NCBI GenBank assembly: GCA_031552765.1
Contig: JAVBME010000007.1
Span: 143,397-207,396, forward strand
Length of the DNA stretch: 64,000 nucleotides
Direction of reading: 5' to 3'
Source of the DNA: Acidaminococcales bacterium
GTDB taxonomy: Bacteria > Bacillota > Negativicutes > Acidaminococcales > JAISLQ01
The position numbers and the translations under genes were made by a program. The notes under the pieces are model-generated. The model worked only from the letters and a program-made list of their open reading frames with translations. It had not been told where the DNA came from and made no database searches. This document shows, piece by piece, positions 63,818 through 64,000 of this stretch (positions are counted from its first letter, which is position 1; each line of letters opens with the position of its first letter).

Positions 63818-64000
63818 ATTTTGCCGGAAATTCCATGGGTTTTTCTAGCAGGTATAGTATGTGCGGCATTTCTTTTCCCTTATAATACTTTACAAACTGT
63901 TTTTGCGCGGCCATGCCCAGCTTTTCCGCCAGCTGCCGCGAAGGCGCGTTCGCCGGCCGTATTTGCGCAGTCACCTCTTCCATGTTTAAGGTAAAAAAAG
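63816..64000 (-). CDS. GNAT-family N-acetyltransferase (RimJ/RimL-like), C-terminal part only
   Basis: Own minus-strand translation: ..EEVTAQIRPANAPSRQLAEKLGMAAQKQFVKYYKGKEMPHILYLLEKPMEFPAK*. The N..S..L.EKLGM pattern is GNAT-like. The frame is open to the window edge. Confidence 0.45.
   Translation of the reverse strand, partial: FFTLNMEEVTAQIRPANAPSRQLAEKLGMAAQKQFVKYYKGKEMPHILYLLEKPMEFPAK

Overview
The window holds about 60 genes. Gene content (HD-GYP proteins, an [FeFe]-hydrogenase-like protein, a CgeB-like protein, sigma-54 control) suggests an anaerobic Firmicutes-type genome, possibly Negativicutes or Clostridia. That taxonomic call is inference only.

Layout:
- 1-17.7 kb: mostly minus-strand housekeeping and signalling. 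A partial azlC, then a three-gene split (archaeal-type) glutamate synthase. A Cache/PAS histidine kinase and NtrC-type sigma-54 activator follow. Next is a class III CoA-transferase plus anion permease operon with a near-consensus -24/-12 promoter. The block ends with CHAD, 2-hydroxyacid dehydrogenase, glyoxalase, TauE, DUF456, FAH and an HD-GYP protein.
- 17.8-25.4 kb: a low-GC islet beside tRNA-Ala(GGC), a second HD-GYP protein, and a 1250-aa protein that fuses a whole phosphorelay (PAS-HK-REC-HPt-REC) to an HD-GYP output. An H-domain-only [FeFe]-hydrogenase-like protein follows.
- 25.8-52.6 kb: a large glycan locus in two convergent operons that meet at a bidirectional terminator near 36.4 kb.
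  - The plus-strand arm is a CDP-6-deoxyhexose pathway. It also carries two tandem radical-SAM/SPASM paralogs, a TylCIII-like C-methyltransferase, FkbM methyltransferases and a glycosyltransferase.
  - The minus-strand arm has a B12-radical-SAM enzyme, a CgeB-like transferase, an SDR, a cupin and a PseH-like GNAT. After these comes an FkbH + 2 ACP + 2 KAS III + ketoreductase acyl cassette, then a frameshifted radical-SAM gene and a GT2.
  - gmd and pseG flank the minus-strand arm.
- 52.7-64 kb: DUF190, a small secreted-peptide and membrane-protein pair, and a GntR-linked HMGL-like/cyclase/DASS operon. Then a PocR-GAF-PAS-GGDEF-EAL protein, NhaC, a class-A beta-lactamase-like hydrolase and a partial GNAT.

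I found no rRNA, CRISPR array, transposase, integrase or recognisable defence system.

Best candidates for something undescribed:
1. The polyketide/tetronate-style acyl-ACP cassette embedded in the glycan operon.
2. The tandem radical-SAM pair in the CDP-sugar operon.
3. The fused phosphorelay/HD-GYP protein next to a cofactor-domain-only hydrogenase homolog.

All calls rest on reading the translations and DNA by eye. No database search or computation was run.
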